Under the pieces are notes generated by a model, which made no database searches, was not told the origin of the DNA, and was given only the letters and a program-made list of their open reading frames with translations. A DNA stretch of 64,000 nt from Gammaproteobacteria bacterium (lineage in GTDB: Bacteria; Pseudomonadota; Gammaproteobacteria; Ga0077536). Made by a program: the position numbers and the translations under genes. Within the stretch, counting starts at the first letter, position 1. Each line of letters opens with the position of its first letter. The DNA lies in assembly GCA_963662545.2 (NCBI GenBank), contig CAXXLL010000003.1, positions 1,728,001 to 1,792,000 of the forward strand. The letters run 5' to 3'. This document shows positions 19,993 to 32,487 of this stretch, piece by piece.

Positions 19993-21342
19993 TCACTTGC
20001 CTATGCAGAAACGGGAAAATATCTCGCCCAGCATATCCTCCGTCGAATACGCACCGGAAATCTCGCTTAAATACCGCGCGGCACGTCGGTAACATTCCGC
20101 CGCTATCTCCGGTGCGTCGTTTAGCATTTGCCGATTCACGCGGTCTAATTCCGCCGAGGCCGCGGCAAGCGCCGCGAGGTGCCGTTCGCGGGCTACAAAC
20201 TCGTTCTCCTCGATTTGTCCCAAACCGATATCGTCGAGGATGGCCTGGCTCAGATAATCGAGTCCGCTCGGAACACGCGCGGAGACAAATACGTGGGTCG
20301 TTCCGGAGATCTCTTTGACCCCCGGCTCCAGTCCGAGGATGTCGATCTTGTTATGCACGACGAAAACCGATTTGTCTTCGAAGTCGTCCAGGTTTTCTTG
20401 GGCCAACAACTCATGGGTCGAAATGACCTCTGCAGTATCGGTCATCATCAACACGATGTCGGCGTCCCGCATGATCCTCATCGCGCGATCGATGCCTTCA
20501 CGTTCGATCGGATTGTCGGATTCCCGTAAGCCCGCGGTGTCGTACAGACGTATCGGCACGTCGCGTATCAGAATGTCACACTCTATGACGTCGCGAGTCG
20601 TACCGGGCAGCTCGCTGACGATAGCCTTGTCTTCACCGGAGATGGTATTCATCAATGTCGATTTACCAACGTTCGGCGGCCCAACGATAGCCACTGCGGC
20701 ACCGGTATTCAGCTTCGCCCCCTGTCTTCCGGCTGCCCCCAGCTTGTGCAGGGTTTCACAAATGGAGGTCACTTCAGCGATTTGATCTTCGACCATACGG
20801 GCGGGCGCAATGTCTTCAGGAAAATCGATGGATGCTTCGAGTTGGGCGCGAGCAAGGTGAAGCCTGTCGATCAGTGCGTTCGTACGCCGGGAAAATTCTC
20901 CGCGCATCGTCCGTAACGCCGAACGCGCTGCGCGTACCGATCGTGAATTGATCAAATCGGCGATCGCCTCCGCCTGAGCGAGATCCATCTTGCCGTGCCG
21001 GAAAGCGCGTTCGGTGAATTCGCCCGGACGGGCAGGCCGCACACCCTGAGCGCAGATCGCTTCGAAAAGAAGCTGGAGTACGACGAGGCTTCCGTGAGCA
21101 TGAAACTCAGCGACGTCTTCTCCGGTGAACGACCGCGGTGCGGCAAAGCGAACCACGATTCCACGATCGATAATTTCACCGGATTTGTTTCTGAAGTCGC
21201 GAAGACTTGCTTGACGCGGCTTCGTGATCCCGCCGGTGATCTTTTCCACGACATGGCGTGTCAAGGCGCCGGAAACGCGAACGATACCGATACCGCTACG
21301 ACCAGGCGGCGTCGATATTGCGACGATCGTGTCATCCGCCAT
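19993..21342 (-). CDS. mnmE: tRNA modification GTPase MnmE
   Basis: GPPNVGKS, GTTRD, DTAG, C-terminal FCIGK. Confidence 0.97.
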   Translation of the reverse strand: MADDTIVAISTPPGRSGIGIVRVSGALTRHVVEKITGGITKPRQASLRDFRNKSGEIIDRGIVVRFAAPRSFTGEDVAEFHAHGSLVVLQLLFEAICAQGVRPARPGEFTERAFRHGKMDLAQAEAIADLINSRSVRAARSALRTMRGEFSRRTNALIDRLHLARAQLEASIDFPEDIAPARMVEDQIAEVTSICETLHKLGAAGRQGAKLNTGAAVAIVGPPNVGKSTLMNTISGEDKAIVSELPGTTRDVIECDILIRDVPIRLYDTAGLRESDNPIEREGIDRAMRIMRDADIVLMMTDTAEVISTHELLAQENLDDFEDKSVFVVHNKIDILGLEPGVKEISGTTHVFVSARVPSGLDYLSQAILDDIGLGQIEENEFVARERHLAALAAASAELDRVNRQMLNDAPEIAAECYRRAARYLSEISGAYSTEDMLGEIFSRFCIGK

Positions 21343-21344
21343 TG

Positions 21345-21606
21345 CTAGAACCTATCTCAAAATTATCCGCATGTGGGTTGTGCGTGGGCGCGCGATGGCG
21401 AGGCGCAGGGCTGAGTTCCGCTATGTACAAGCGCTGCAACGAAGCCAGCGTGCTTTCAGGCCGCAATCCGGGCCTGAGGCGATTTTCGGGCATTTCGGCG
21501 TTGCTCGTCGCTCGTTTAGCTGATGCTTTGCCACGCTCATCGCGCCTTGATACTCGGCGAAAATCGCTCCCGGCGCACACGCGGATAATTTTGAGATAGG
21601 TGCTAG
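21345..21606. mobile_element. MITE family A between yidC and mnmE
   Basis: 26-bp IR with one mismatch: CTAGAACCTATCTCAAAATTATCCGC / GCGGATAATTTTGAGATAGGTGCTAG. Confidence 0.82.
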
Positions 21607-21622
21607 TAGATTAAAGCTACCC

Positions 21623-23290
21623 CTATTCGCGTTCGATTATTCGCGTGATGCGCCATTGCTGCGCGATGGAAAGAATATTATTCACCAACCAGTAAAGCAC
21701 GAGTCCCGAGGGGAAGAACGCAAAGAATACGGTGAAGACGAACGGCAGTATCTGCATGACCTTGGCCTGGGTCGGATCCAACGGCGCCGGATTGAGTTTT
21801 TGCTGCAGCCACATGCTGATCCCCATCAGCAAGGGAAGGACGAAAAACGGGTCCTTCTCGGACAGGTCATGGATCCAGAGTATGAAAGGCGCCTGGCGGA
21901 TCTCAACGCTTTCGAGCAGCACCCAATATAGCGAGATGAAAACGGGTATCTGGATGAGGATGGGAAAACATCCTCCCAGCGGGTTTATCTTTTCTTCCTT
22001 GTACAGCTTCATCATCGCCTGGTTTAACTGCGCTTTGTCATCCGCGAAGCGGTCGCGCAAAGCGATTAAACGCGGCTGTACCTTGCGCATGTTCGCCATT
22101 GAACGATAACCGGCCGCCGATAGTGGGTAGAAAAAAATCTTCAGAATCAAGGTGAGTATGATGATTCCCCAGCCCCAGTTGCCCGTAAGACCGTGAATGT
22201 ATTCGAGTACGACAAACAGGGGTTTGGCGATAAACCACAACACGCCGTAATCGACGGATAGTTCAAGTCCGGGTGTGATCTGCTCGATGATATCGTGGCG
22301 CTTAGGCCCGATATACGTGGTACTCCGCAGTGTTTCCGTTGCCCCGGATGCGATTTCCGCAGGTGGGCTTACGAATCCAACAAGGTAGCGGCTGCCCGGT
22401 AAAATTTTCGAGTAATACTGGTAGGAAACGTTCTTTGGTGGGATCAGCGCTGCTATGAAGTAGTGTTGCATCACACCGATCCACGCATCATTCGCCGCCT
22501 TGTCAATCGGTGAATCTTCGAGATCATCGTAGTCGAATTTCTCGAAACGTTTTTCTGGCGTTGATAAGGCCGCACCGGTAAAGGTATAAACCATTCCATC
22601 TCGTCCGGACACGTCCGAACGTTGTAATTGTTCGTATTGGTAAACGCGCCAAGATTCATCGCTACCGTTGTGCAATTCGTATTCCACTTCGATGAGATAA
22701 CTACCGCGTTTGAATTTAAATCGCTTTACTACTTCGTGTCCTTTAGCATCACTCCAGGCCAAGCTTACGACCAACTCATCATCAGTTTCGTCCAGACGGT
22801 GATACGTTTCATCGATTGAATAATGAACGTGATGATTCGGCGCCGCCTCGGTACCGGCAAGTCCTCCCTGGTAAATAAATGTGTTTTCCGGCGTTTCTGT
22901 CAGTAGTTCCACCGGCTTGTCGCGCGCGGTCGCACGGATTGGATAGGCGAGCAGCGCAACGCGGGTGATGGTGCCACCGACAGATGAGATATCCATCGAT
23001 AAGAGGTCGGTTTCAACAACGATGATCCTAGGTATTTCGCCGGAAGATTCGTCCGCTTCATCGACGGCTATTTCGGATAGTGTCGTCGATTCAGCGGTCT
23101 CGGCTGTCGGCGCCCGGGTATCGAGAGTCGGCACTTCGGCGGCGGCCGGGGGTGCGTCCGCTGGGAGGTCGTCGGCAACTGCCGTTGCCGAAACGCTTTC
23201 GTTTACGCCATAGTCTTTCTGCCATGCTTCCCAAAGAAGCAGAGAAATAAACGCCAGAGCGACAGCGAGCAAAAGTCGGACGTTATCCAT
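21623..23290 (-). CDS. yidC: Membrane protein insertase YidC
   Basis: GNWGWGII, KINPLGGCFP, GLVLYWLVNN. Confidence 0.97.
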   Translation of the reverse strand: MDNVRLLLAVALAFISLLLWEAWQKDYGVNESVSATAVADDLPADAPPAAAEVPTLDTRAPTAETAESTTLSEIAVDEADESSGEIPRIIVVETDLLSMDISSVGGTITRVALLAYPIRATARDKPVELLTETPENTFIYQGGLAGTEAAPNHHVHYSIDETYHRLDETDDELVVSLAWSDAKGHEVVKRFKFKRGSYLIEVEYELHNGSDESWRVYQYEQLQRSDVSGRDGMVYTFTGAALSTPEKRFEKFDYDDLEDSPIDKAANDAWIGVMQHYFIAALIPPKNVSYQYYSKILPGSRYLVGFVSPPAEIASGATETLRSTTYIGPKRHDIIEQITPGLELSVDYGVLWFIAKPLFVVLEYIHGLTGNWGWGIIILTLILKIFFYPLSAAGYRSMANMRKVQPRLIALRDRFADDKAQLNQAMMKLYKEEKINPLGGCFPILIQIPVFISLYWVLLESVEIRQAPFILWIHDLSEKDPFFVLPLLMGISMWLQQKLNPAPLDPTQAKVMQILPFVFTVFFAFFPSGLVLYWLVNNILSIAQQWRITRIIERE

Positions 23291-23369
23291 AAATCCTAGG
23301 AGCAGTGTTCAAAAACGGCGTCGCGGGAAGCTGGGGTATTAAGCGATTTTTATCGCCTGAATCGATTGA

Positions 23370-23744
23370 TCAATATTCCATCAACTCAGCGAATAACGCC
23401 GCGCTTGCTTCGTTTAATCGCTTGTTTGACAGCATAACGCATGCGGGTTTAGCCAGGACGACGATGTCGATCGGTGGTAGCGCTGCTGCATGACGCCGAA
23501 AAGCCTCCCTCAACGAGCGCTTGATAAAATTTCGGCGCGTCGCTTTACCAACGACACGTCGACCGATGGCGATTCCGAGTCGCGCGAACCCCAAACGTGT
23601 CGTACGGCAATAGACGGAAAAATACGCACTGTCCCGCCAACGGCCCGTACGCAAGGTACGGGTAAAGGCTTCGCTGTTATTGAGGCGGTATTCGCGCCGA
23701 AACTTCGTCGACGCGTTTCCGATTCCGGTGGTGTGGGCCGTCAG
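23370..23744 (-). CDS. rnpA: RNase P protein component (start uncertain: CTG 23744 or TTG 23882)
   Basis: [30 protein letters not shown]-like motif; rpmH-rnpA-yidC synteny. Confidence 0.85.
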   Translation of the reverse strand: MTAHTTGIGNASTKFRREYRLNNSEAFTRTLRTGRWRDSAYFSVYCRTTRLGFARLGIAIGRRVVGKATRRNFIKRSLREAFRRHAAALPPIDIVVLAKPACVMLSNKRLNEASAALFAELMEY

Positions 23745-23875
23745 GGAGCCAGGCGCGCCCGGCCGCGCGCGCGACGGGCCTTGATGATTCGTCGTCCGGC
23801 CTTGGTTTTCATCCGCGCTCGAAAACCATGCTTGCGTGCGCGTTTTAATCGTCCGGGTTGAAATGTTCTTTTCAT
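23741..23875 (-). CDS. rpmH: 50S ribosomal protein L34
   Basis: [44 protein letters not shown], 44 aa. Confidence 0.97.
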   Translation of the reverse strand: MKRTFQPGRLKRARKHGFRARMKTKAGRRIIKARRARGRARLAP

Positions 23876-23947
23876 AATTCAACGATCGCCGCTTTTGCCG
23901 TCTGCCCGTGACTCACCTACGTTTAGAGCCCTCGAAAAAGGCGTGCG

Positions 23948-23977
23948 ATAGTAGGCTATCGCGTAGAAAATTGTCAA
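23948..23977 (-). promoter_or_regulatory. Putative sigma-70 promoter for rpmH
   Basis: TTGACA-N18-TACTAT on the minus strand. Confidence 0.6.
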
Positions 23978-24011
23978 TCTTTTTGAGCGTTTAGAGCGAC
24001 CAGCAGCACCT

Positions 24012-24020
24012 TGTGGATAA
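24012..24020 (-). promoter_or_regulatory. DnaA box upstream of dnaA
   Basis: TGTGGATAA = perfect TTATCCACA. Confidence 0.8.
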
Positions 24021-24087
24021 GTAGGGACATCGCGTATACACTCGCCACAGACTCACCCCCATAACACTAACGACAGAACCAATAAGC

Positions 24088-25428
24088 GTGCATATTTCTC
24101 TTTGGCAACAATGCCTGAGGCAGCTCGAAAACGAGTTATCGCCACAACAATACAACACCTGGATCCGCCCCTTACAGGCGGTTGAAGAAGGCGAGAGGCT
24201 GGAAATTCTGGCCCCCAACCGGTTCGTACTCGACTGGATACGCGATAAATATCACGCGCGGATCCAATCGATCCTCGATGGCCTGTCACCATCGCGCACG
24301 GTGCCGCTATCGATCGGTGTTGGGAGCCTGCCGTCCACCGGCAAAAATAACCCGCCTAGCCCTCGGGCAATCGTCGATCAACGCGCCCAGGAACCAGCAG
24401 CCAAACGATCCAGTGGTCTCAAGGCAGACTTCACTTTCGACTCGTTCGTCGAGGGCAAATCCAATCAGCTCGCGCGCGCTGCCTCTCTGCAAATCTCTGA
24501 AAACGCAGGGAAAGCTTACAATCCTTTGTTTATCTGCGGCGGCGTCGGTCTGGGTAAAACCCACCTGATGCACGCGGTCGGGAACCTCATACTGGAAAAC
24601 CGTCCGGCAGCCAAGGTCGTTTATCTGCATTCGGAACGTTTCGTCGCCGATATGGTTAAAGCACTGCAGCACAACGTCATCAACGATTTCAAACGGTTCT
24701 ACCGTTCGGTCGATGCCCTGCTCATCGACGACATCCAGTTTTTTGCCGGGAAGGAACGGTCTCAGGAGGAATTTTTTCACACATTCAATGCATTACTGGA
24801 AGGCGAACATCAAATCGTCTTAACCTGCGATCGCTACCCCAAGGAAGTCTCAGGGGTTGAAGAACGTTTGAAATCGCGATTCGGTTGGGGCTTGACCGTG
24901 GCCATCGAGCCGGCGGAGCTCGAAACACGAGTAGCCATTCTCATGACTAAGGCCCAGCAAAGTCAGATTGACCTTCCTCACGAAGTCGCCTTCTTCATCG
25001 GCAAACGCTTTCGTTCAAACATCCGAGAACTCGAAGGGGCCTTGCACCGCGTGGTCGCTAACTCCCACTTCACCGGTAAACCGATCACCTTGGAATTCGC
25101 CAAGGAAGCGCTACGTGATTTACTCGCCTTGCAGGACCGTCTGATCACAATGGAAAACATCCAAAAAACGGTTGCTGAATATTACAAGATCCGCGTTGCG
25201 GACCTGTTGTCGAAGCGACGTAACCGTTCGATCGCACGTCCGCGGCAAGTCGCCATGGCCTTGTCAAAGGACCTGACTAATCACAGCTTGCCGGAAATTG
25301 GGGATGCCTTTGGAGGACGCGATCACACGACGGTCATTCACGCCTGTCGCAAGGTCGCCGAATTAAAATCCAGTGATCCGAGGGTGCAAGAAGATTTCGC
25401 GAATCTGGAAAGAATACTCACAACCTGA
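24088..25428 (+). CDS. dnaA: Chromosomal replication initiator DnaA
   Basis: [31 protein letters not shown]. Confidence 0.98.
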   Translation: MHISLWQQCLRQLENELSPQQYNTWIRPLQAVEEGERLEILAPNRFVLDWIRDKYHARIQSILDGLSPSRTVPLSIGVGSLPSTGKNNPPSPRAIVDQRAQEPAAKRSSGLKADFTFDSFVEGKSNQLARAASLQISENAGKAYNPLFICGGVGLGKTHLMHAVGNLILENRPAAKVVYLHSERFVADMVKALQHNVINDFKRFYRSVDALLIDDIQFFAGKERSQEEFFHTFNALLEGEHQIVLTCDRYPKEVSGVEERLKSRFGWGLTVAIEPAELETRVAILMTKAQQSQIDLPHEVAFFIGKRFRSNIRELEGALHRVVANSHFTGKPITLEFAKEALRDLLALQDRLITMENIQKTVAEYYKIRVADLLSKRRNRSIARPRQVAMALSKDLTNHSLPEIGDAFGGRDHTTVIHACRKVAELKSSDPRVQEDFANLERILTT

Positions 25429-25604
25429 GGACTTACACCGGATCACGTTGTGGATAAAAAGCAAGCCGGAAATCCGACGAAATAATACAGCGCTTATGCA
25501 CAGAATATGCCGTGTAATTAAGACATAAAATGCGACGCAAGTAGTTGAATTTAAGATAAAATAAAGAAGTCCCCGTAAACTTCCAGTCTAATAATAGTTA
25601 CAAC
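25429..25604. promoter_or_regulatory. dnaA-dnaN spacer with DnaA boxes and AT-rich tract (candidate oriC part)
   Basis: TGTGGATAA (25449-25457), TTATGCACA (25494-25502), then AT-rich DNA. Confidence 0.6.
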
Positions 25605-26705
25605 ATGAAGATAGAAGTTAACAGAGAAGATCTATTACCGGTATTACAAGCAACGAATAACGTTGTAGAACGACGGCAAACACTGCCGATCTTGAGCAAT
25701 TTGCTCATTACGGCAGAAAATGATCCGATACAGATCACGGCGACCGACATGGAAGTCGAATTGATCTGTGAACTTGCCAACGCACCCGTCGCCGGCGGTA
25801 GCATAGCCGTTCCGGCTCGCAAACTATTTGATATCTGTCGTGCGCTTCCGCCTGACGCGAGGATGACTATCGAGAGTACGGATAGCAAGATCAAGGTTTC
25901 TTCGGGACGAAGCCGGTTTACTCTTACCGCGATGAATGCGCAGGAATTCCCGAGCATCGGTGCTTTCGATGCATTCGATGAGTTTGAAATTGCGGCGAGC
26001 ACCTTGACCGATCTTCTGGAGAGCACGCATTTCGCTATGGCTCACCAGGACGTACGTTATTACCTGAATGGGCTTTTACTGGAGCTGGAGGGCAATCATA
26101 TTCGGGCCGTCGCAACCGACGGACACCGTCTTGCACTGACTGATTTGGCGATCGAGCACGATGCGGATACGAGCCGGCAGATTATTATTCCCCGCAAAGG
26201 TGTGCTTGAGATCATGCGTTTATTGAATACTGCCGGTGATACGGTTCGGCTCCGGCTCGGGGAGAATCATCTGCAGATCACGGTTGAAGGACAGTCCTTG
26301 ACGACCAAACTGGTCGATGGCCGGTTCCCAGACTACGAGCGCGTGCTGCCACGGGAGACCGATAATCAGGTCATTGCAGACCGTGAATTATTGCGCTCGG
26401 GTTTAAGTCGCGCGTCTATCCTTTCGAACGAGAAATTCAGAGGTATCCATCTGAAATTTAAGAAGGATTTGTTAATTGCAATCGCTCACAACCCGGAACA
26501 GGAAGAAGCGGAAGAGGAAATAGAGATCGATTACGGTGGCGATCAGATCGAAGTGGGATTCAACGTGTCCTACCTGCTCGATGTGCTCGGAGTCATGCGG
26601 ACAGAAACGGTTCGCCTGGACTTGATCGACGCGAACAGTTCCTGCCTTTTGCGTGATCCCGAAAACGATAGTTCGCGCTACGTCGTGATGCCGATGCGAT
26701 TGTGA
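25605..26705 (+). CDS. dnaN: DNA polymerase III beta clamp
   Basis: QDVRYYLNG, ATDGHRL, VVMPMRL. Confidence 0.98.
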   Translation: MKIEVNREDLLPVLQATNNVVERRQTLPILSNLLITAENDPIQITATDMEVELICELANAPVAGGSIAVPARKLFDICRALPPDARMTIESTDSKIKVSSGRSRFTLTAMNAQEFPSIGAFDAFDEFEIAASTLTDLLESTHFAMAHQDVRYYLNGLLLELEGNHIRAVATDGHRLALTDLAIEHDADTSRQIIIPRKGVLEIMRLLNTAGDTVRLRLGENHLQITVEGQSLTTKLVDGRFPDYERVLPRETDNQVIADRELLRSGLSRASILSNEKFRGIHLKFKKDLLIAIAHNPEQEEAEEEIEIDYGGDQIEVGFNVSYLLDVLGVMRTETVRLDLIDANSSCLLRDPENDSSRYVVMPMRL

Positions 26706-26736
26706 TGCGGATATCACCGCGATAGCGCTGCGGTTC

Positions 26737-26795
26737 CTAGCAGCCCGCGCTCGCAATCGCCTCGCTACGATTCCCTAAGTCCGACAGGCTGCTAG
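26737..26795. repeat. Short CTAG-bounded MITE-like remnant
   Basis: CTAGCAGCC...GTCCGACAGGCTGCTAG inverted ends in the dnaN-recF spacer. Confidence 0.45.
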
Positions 26796-26801
26796 TCAAA
26801 T

Positions 26802-27878
26802 ATGTGGTTCGATTCGATACGCGTTTCGAATGTGAGATGTTTTGAATCACTTGAATACTGGCCACGAGTCGGCTGCAACCTCGTATGCGGGGCCAATGCC
26901 AGCGGGAAAACCAGCCTGCTGGAGGCGATCGCTATCGCAAGTTTTGGAAAGTCGTTCCTGACGAATCGAACTTCCGATGTCGTTCGTACGGGTACGCAGG
27001 CCTTGTCCGTGCGGGCGGTAATCGCATCGAGCGAAGGTGTCCATTCACAGGTCGTCGTACGAAAGGAGCAGGGCGAGACTCGGATATTGGCGGACGGACA
27101 ATTGTTGGCTGCAGCCTCGCTACTGGCGCAACGCATCCCTATGCTCGTCATTAATTCCAAGGCACCGGATTTATTGACGGCGAGTCCCAGCAACCGCCGT
27201 GCCTTGATCGACCGTACGATGTTCCACGTGGAACCTAATTATGTGCATACCTGGAAACGCTATCGGCAGACCCTACAACAGCGGAATAGGCTGTTACGAC
27301 GCCACGGTGGCCACCAAGAAGCGGATTATTGGGATCGGCGATTGGCCGAGTATGCCGAAGCGATCGACCTGGAACGCAGAGTGGTTATCGAAACGGTGAA
27401 CCGTTCATTGGCGCAGTGCGATCTCTTTCCGACTCTCGGCACACTTTCATTCGAATATCGTCCGGGATGGTCGCGCAGCCGGCCGCTGATTGACCAGTTG
27501 AAGACCGCTTGGGTGCGTGACAGACAGTTGGGGTATACCACGATCGGTGCCCACCGCGCGGACATGTCTTTACGCGGTGCGGGCGTGGCCATCAGTAAGC
27601 TTTTATCGCGAGGACAAGGCAAGGCCATCGTCTGCACAGTGGTGGCCGCATTGGCCGAATTCATCCGGCGGCGTACTGGGCGAGCGCCTGTGCTGCTCAT
27701 TGACGATCTCGCGGCAGAACTCGATGATCGGATACGGTGTGCACTTGTGGATATGATCAACGGGATCGAAGGACAGCGGATTTATACGGCGATCAGTCCG
27801 TCTAACCTACCCGAGATAGCGGACATTGTGCCCGACGTGTTCCACGTGGAACATCACAAGAGGGTCGTGACGGCCTAA
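26802..27878 (+). CDS. recF: DNA replication/repair protein RecF
   Basis: GANASGKTS, LSRGQ, LLIDDLAAELD. Confidence 0.95.
   Translation: MWFDSIRVSNVRCFESLEYWPRVGCNLVCGANASGKTSLLEAIAIASFGKSFLTNRTSDVVRTGTQALSVRAVIASSEGVHSQVVVRKEQGETRILADGQLLAAASLLAQRIPMLVINSKAPDLLTASPSNRRALIDRTMFHVEPNYVHTWKRYRQTLQQRNRLLRRHGGHQEADYWDRRLAEYAEAIDLERRVVIETVNRSLAQCDLFPTLGTLSFEYRPGWSRSRPLIDQLKTAWVRDRQLGYTTIGAHRADMSLRGAGVAISKLLSRGQGKAIVCTVVAALAEFIRRRTGRAPVLLIDDLAAELDDRIRCALVDMINGIEGQRIYTAISPSNLPEIADIVPDVFHVEHHKRVVTA
27220..27235. promoter_or_regulatory. parS site
   Basis: TGTTCCACGTGGAACC within recF. Confidence 0.85.
27838..27853. promoter_or_regulatory. parS site
   Basis: Perfect palindrome TGTTCCACGTGGAACA within the recF 3' end. 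Confidence 0.88.
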
Positions 27879-30290
<2,412 letters not shown>

Positions 30291-30337
30291 ATACATGGCT
30301 TGGCTTTAAAACCCAGCTCCCAAAACCAATCGCAACG

Positions 30338-30412
30338 AACCACGGAGAACACATCACAAAGAACACAAAGAAAAACGGCATTATTTTTCTTCCCTTTTTG
30401 TTCTCCGTGGTT
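30338..30412. repeat. Palindromic repeat unit between gyrB and comF
   Basis: 14-bp IR AACCACGGAGAACA / TGTTCTCCGTGGTT with internal CACAAAGAA repeats. Confidence 0.6.
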
Positions 30413-30482
30413 TCATTACGTCGCGCCGGAGCTCGTCTGCGCAGCCGTTCAACCCCGCTGAATCCTTACCTATGCCGCCGAA

Positions 30483-31178
30483 TTAGCGAAGAGGATGCGC
30501 TGCCGCGGCGGCCATCGCATAAATGCGAGCAGCGCCGCCTCGTTTTAGAACACCGGCAACGGCCGCCAGGGTTGCGCCGGTGGTCACCACGTCGTCGACT
30601 AGCAATATCGTCTCTCCACGGACCGGCCTGACCACGGTGAATGCACCACGTACATTTGCGGTCCTTGCCGCTGCCGGCAGGGATGACTGCGGTGGGCCTG
30701 AGCGATCGCGCTGCACGCGATCCGCCGACAGGGGAATATCAACAAGCGCCAAGAGGGGCCGAGCGAGTTCCACCGCTTGATTGAACCCACGACCGGTATA
30801 GCGTAGCGCCGACAGCGGAATAGGAACGATACGGCCCACCTGAGGTAAGTAATTACTTACTTCGTTGCAGGTTACACAGGCTAAGGTGCGCATAGCGGCG
30901 AGATCGCGATGGAATTTCGCGCGTTGAATCAGGCGATCCCACGGAAAGGCATAGTGAAACGGCACGAACGTCTCATCGATATATGCGATTTTTTGAGCGA
31001 GTACCACGGTATTGCGGCGCGGGAGATCGGCGGCACAGCTTGAGCAAAGACCGCAAGGTTCCGAGGTCGCGTCACACAGCCAGCACCGCCCTGTCCACAC
31101 AAAGCCGGCCAGCCAGGTTTGTGTGTTGTACACTTCTGCGGGTTTGAATAAAGTTGACCGCCGCTTCGAAGCCCGCAT
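30483..31178 (-). CDS. comF: ComF/GntX-family protein (start may be GTG 31133)
   Basis: CxxC..CxxC, RGFNQA, LLVDDVVTTGAT; divergent from bioB. Confidence 0.88.
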   Translation of the reverse strand: MRASKRRSTLFKPAEVYNTQTWLAGFVWTGRCWLCDATSEPCGLCSSCAADLPRRNTVVLAQKIAYIDETFVPFHYAFPWDRLIQRAKFHRDLAAMRTLACVTCNEVSNYLPQVGRIVPIPLSALRYTGRGFNQAVELARPLLALVDIPLSADRVQRDRSGPPQSSLPAAARTANVRGAFTVVRPVRGETILLVDDVVTTGATLAAVAGVLKRGGAARIYAMAAAAAHPLR

Positions 31179-31421
31179 ATCTCACCCGCGTTCGTCGCGA
31201 GGTGGTTCAAGGGTGCGCCATGGCTGGCGTAACTCCGGGCGTCTTGCCCGCAGCCCTTGGAGCCAGCCTGGCGGCTGTTCAACTCCGCTCCCGGCGGACT
31301 TGTCGCGACCGAGGAACGCGCAGGCGTAGTCGATACTACGTTGAGCATTCCGACCGAGTGAACGCCAGTCAGGGCGTGCCATCGGGCCGCCGCCGCAGAA
31401 GGCTGGTGAGATATGCGGGCT
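31170..31421 (-). mobile_element. MITE family C, copy 1 (252 bp)
   Basis: Perfect 17-bp IR AGCCCGCATATCTCACC / GGTGAGATATGCGGGCT; homologous to 42786-42956. Confidence 0.82.
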
Positions 31422-31481
31422 AGCAGCCATGGGGCGTCCTCCGTGTCGCCATCTCTCGATCATTGATGAAAGGTTACGCCG

Positions 31482-32468
31482 ATGCAAACCCAGCCTACCG
31501 AACTGCCGTCTAGCCCCTTCTCGGAAGTGCGCCACGATTGGACCGCCGGCGAAGTCCTGGCACTGTTTAAGAGGCCGTTTAACGATGTCCTCTACGAAGC
31601 CCATTGCCTACATCGGGCGCATTTCGATCCCAATCGGATTCAGCTGAGCACGCTGCTCAATATCAAATCCGGTGGCTGCCCGGAGGACTGCGCCTACTGT
31701 CCGCAAAGCGTCCGTTACGAGACTCACGTCGAGGCTGCGCCGATGCTGGACGAAGCATCTGTATTGGCAGCGGCGCGCCGCGCAAAGGATGCGGGCGCGA
31801 CCCGCTTCTGCATGGGCGCCGCGTGGCGATCACCCAAGGACCGCGATCTCGATCAAGTCATCATACGGGTCAAAGGCGTGAAGGCACTCGGCTTGGAGAC
31901 CTGCGTGACGCTCGGTATGCTGAGCGCGCCCCAGGCCCGGCGCCTGAGCGCGGCCGGGCTCGATTACTACAACCATAACCTCGACACATCACCGGAATAT
32001 TACGGTGAGATCATTTCCACCAGGACTTATGCCGACCGCCTGGAGACGCTCGCGCACGTGCGCGACGCTAACATCAATGTGTGTTGCGGTGGTATCGTCG
32101 GTCTCGGCGAAAGCACCGCCGATCGCGCGGAAATGCTGCGCACCCTGGCAAACCTTCGGGAACACCCCGAATCCGTACCGATCAATATGCTGATCCGCGT
32201 CGAGGGGACCCCCTTGGCGGACGCCGAGGAAGTCCACCCGATCGATTTCGTCCGTACCATTGCGGCTGCGCGCATTCTTATGCCGCAAGCCGTCGTACGG
32301 CTCTCCGCGGGTCGCACGGAAATGACCGACGAGCTTCAGGCGCTGTGCTACTTCGCAGGCGCCAACTCGATTTTCTATGGGGAGGAACTCTTGACGACCG
32401 CTAACCCCATCGCCTTTCAGGATCAACGGCTGTTCGAGCGCTTAGGGCTGACTCCGACGGAAGCTTGA
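31482..32468 (+). CDS. bioB: Biotin synthase
   Basis: CPEDCAYC radical SAM motif, YNHNLDT, RLSAGR. Confidence 0.97.
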   Translation: MQTQPTELPSSPFSEVRHDWTAGEVLALFKRPFNDVLYEAHCLHRAHFDPNRIQLSTLLNIKSGGCPEDCAYCPQSVRYETHVEAAPMLDEASVLAAARRAKDAGATRFCMGAAWRSPKDRDLDQVIIRVKGVKALGLETCVTLGMLSAPQARRLSAAGLDYYNHNLDTSPEYYGEIISTRTYADRLETLAHVRDANINVCCGGIVGLGESTADRAEMLRTLANLREHPESVPINMLIRVEGTPLADAEEVHPIDFVRTIAAARILMPQAVVRLSAGRTEMTDELQALCYFAGANSIFYGEELLTTANPIAFQDQRLFERLGLTPTEA

Positions 32469-32487
32469 TCGCACCCAAGGACGGCAG

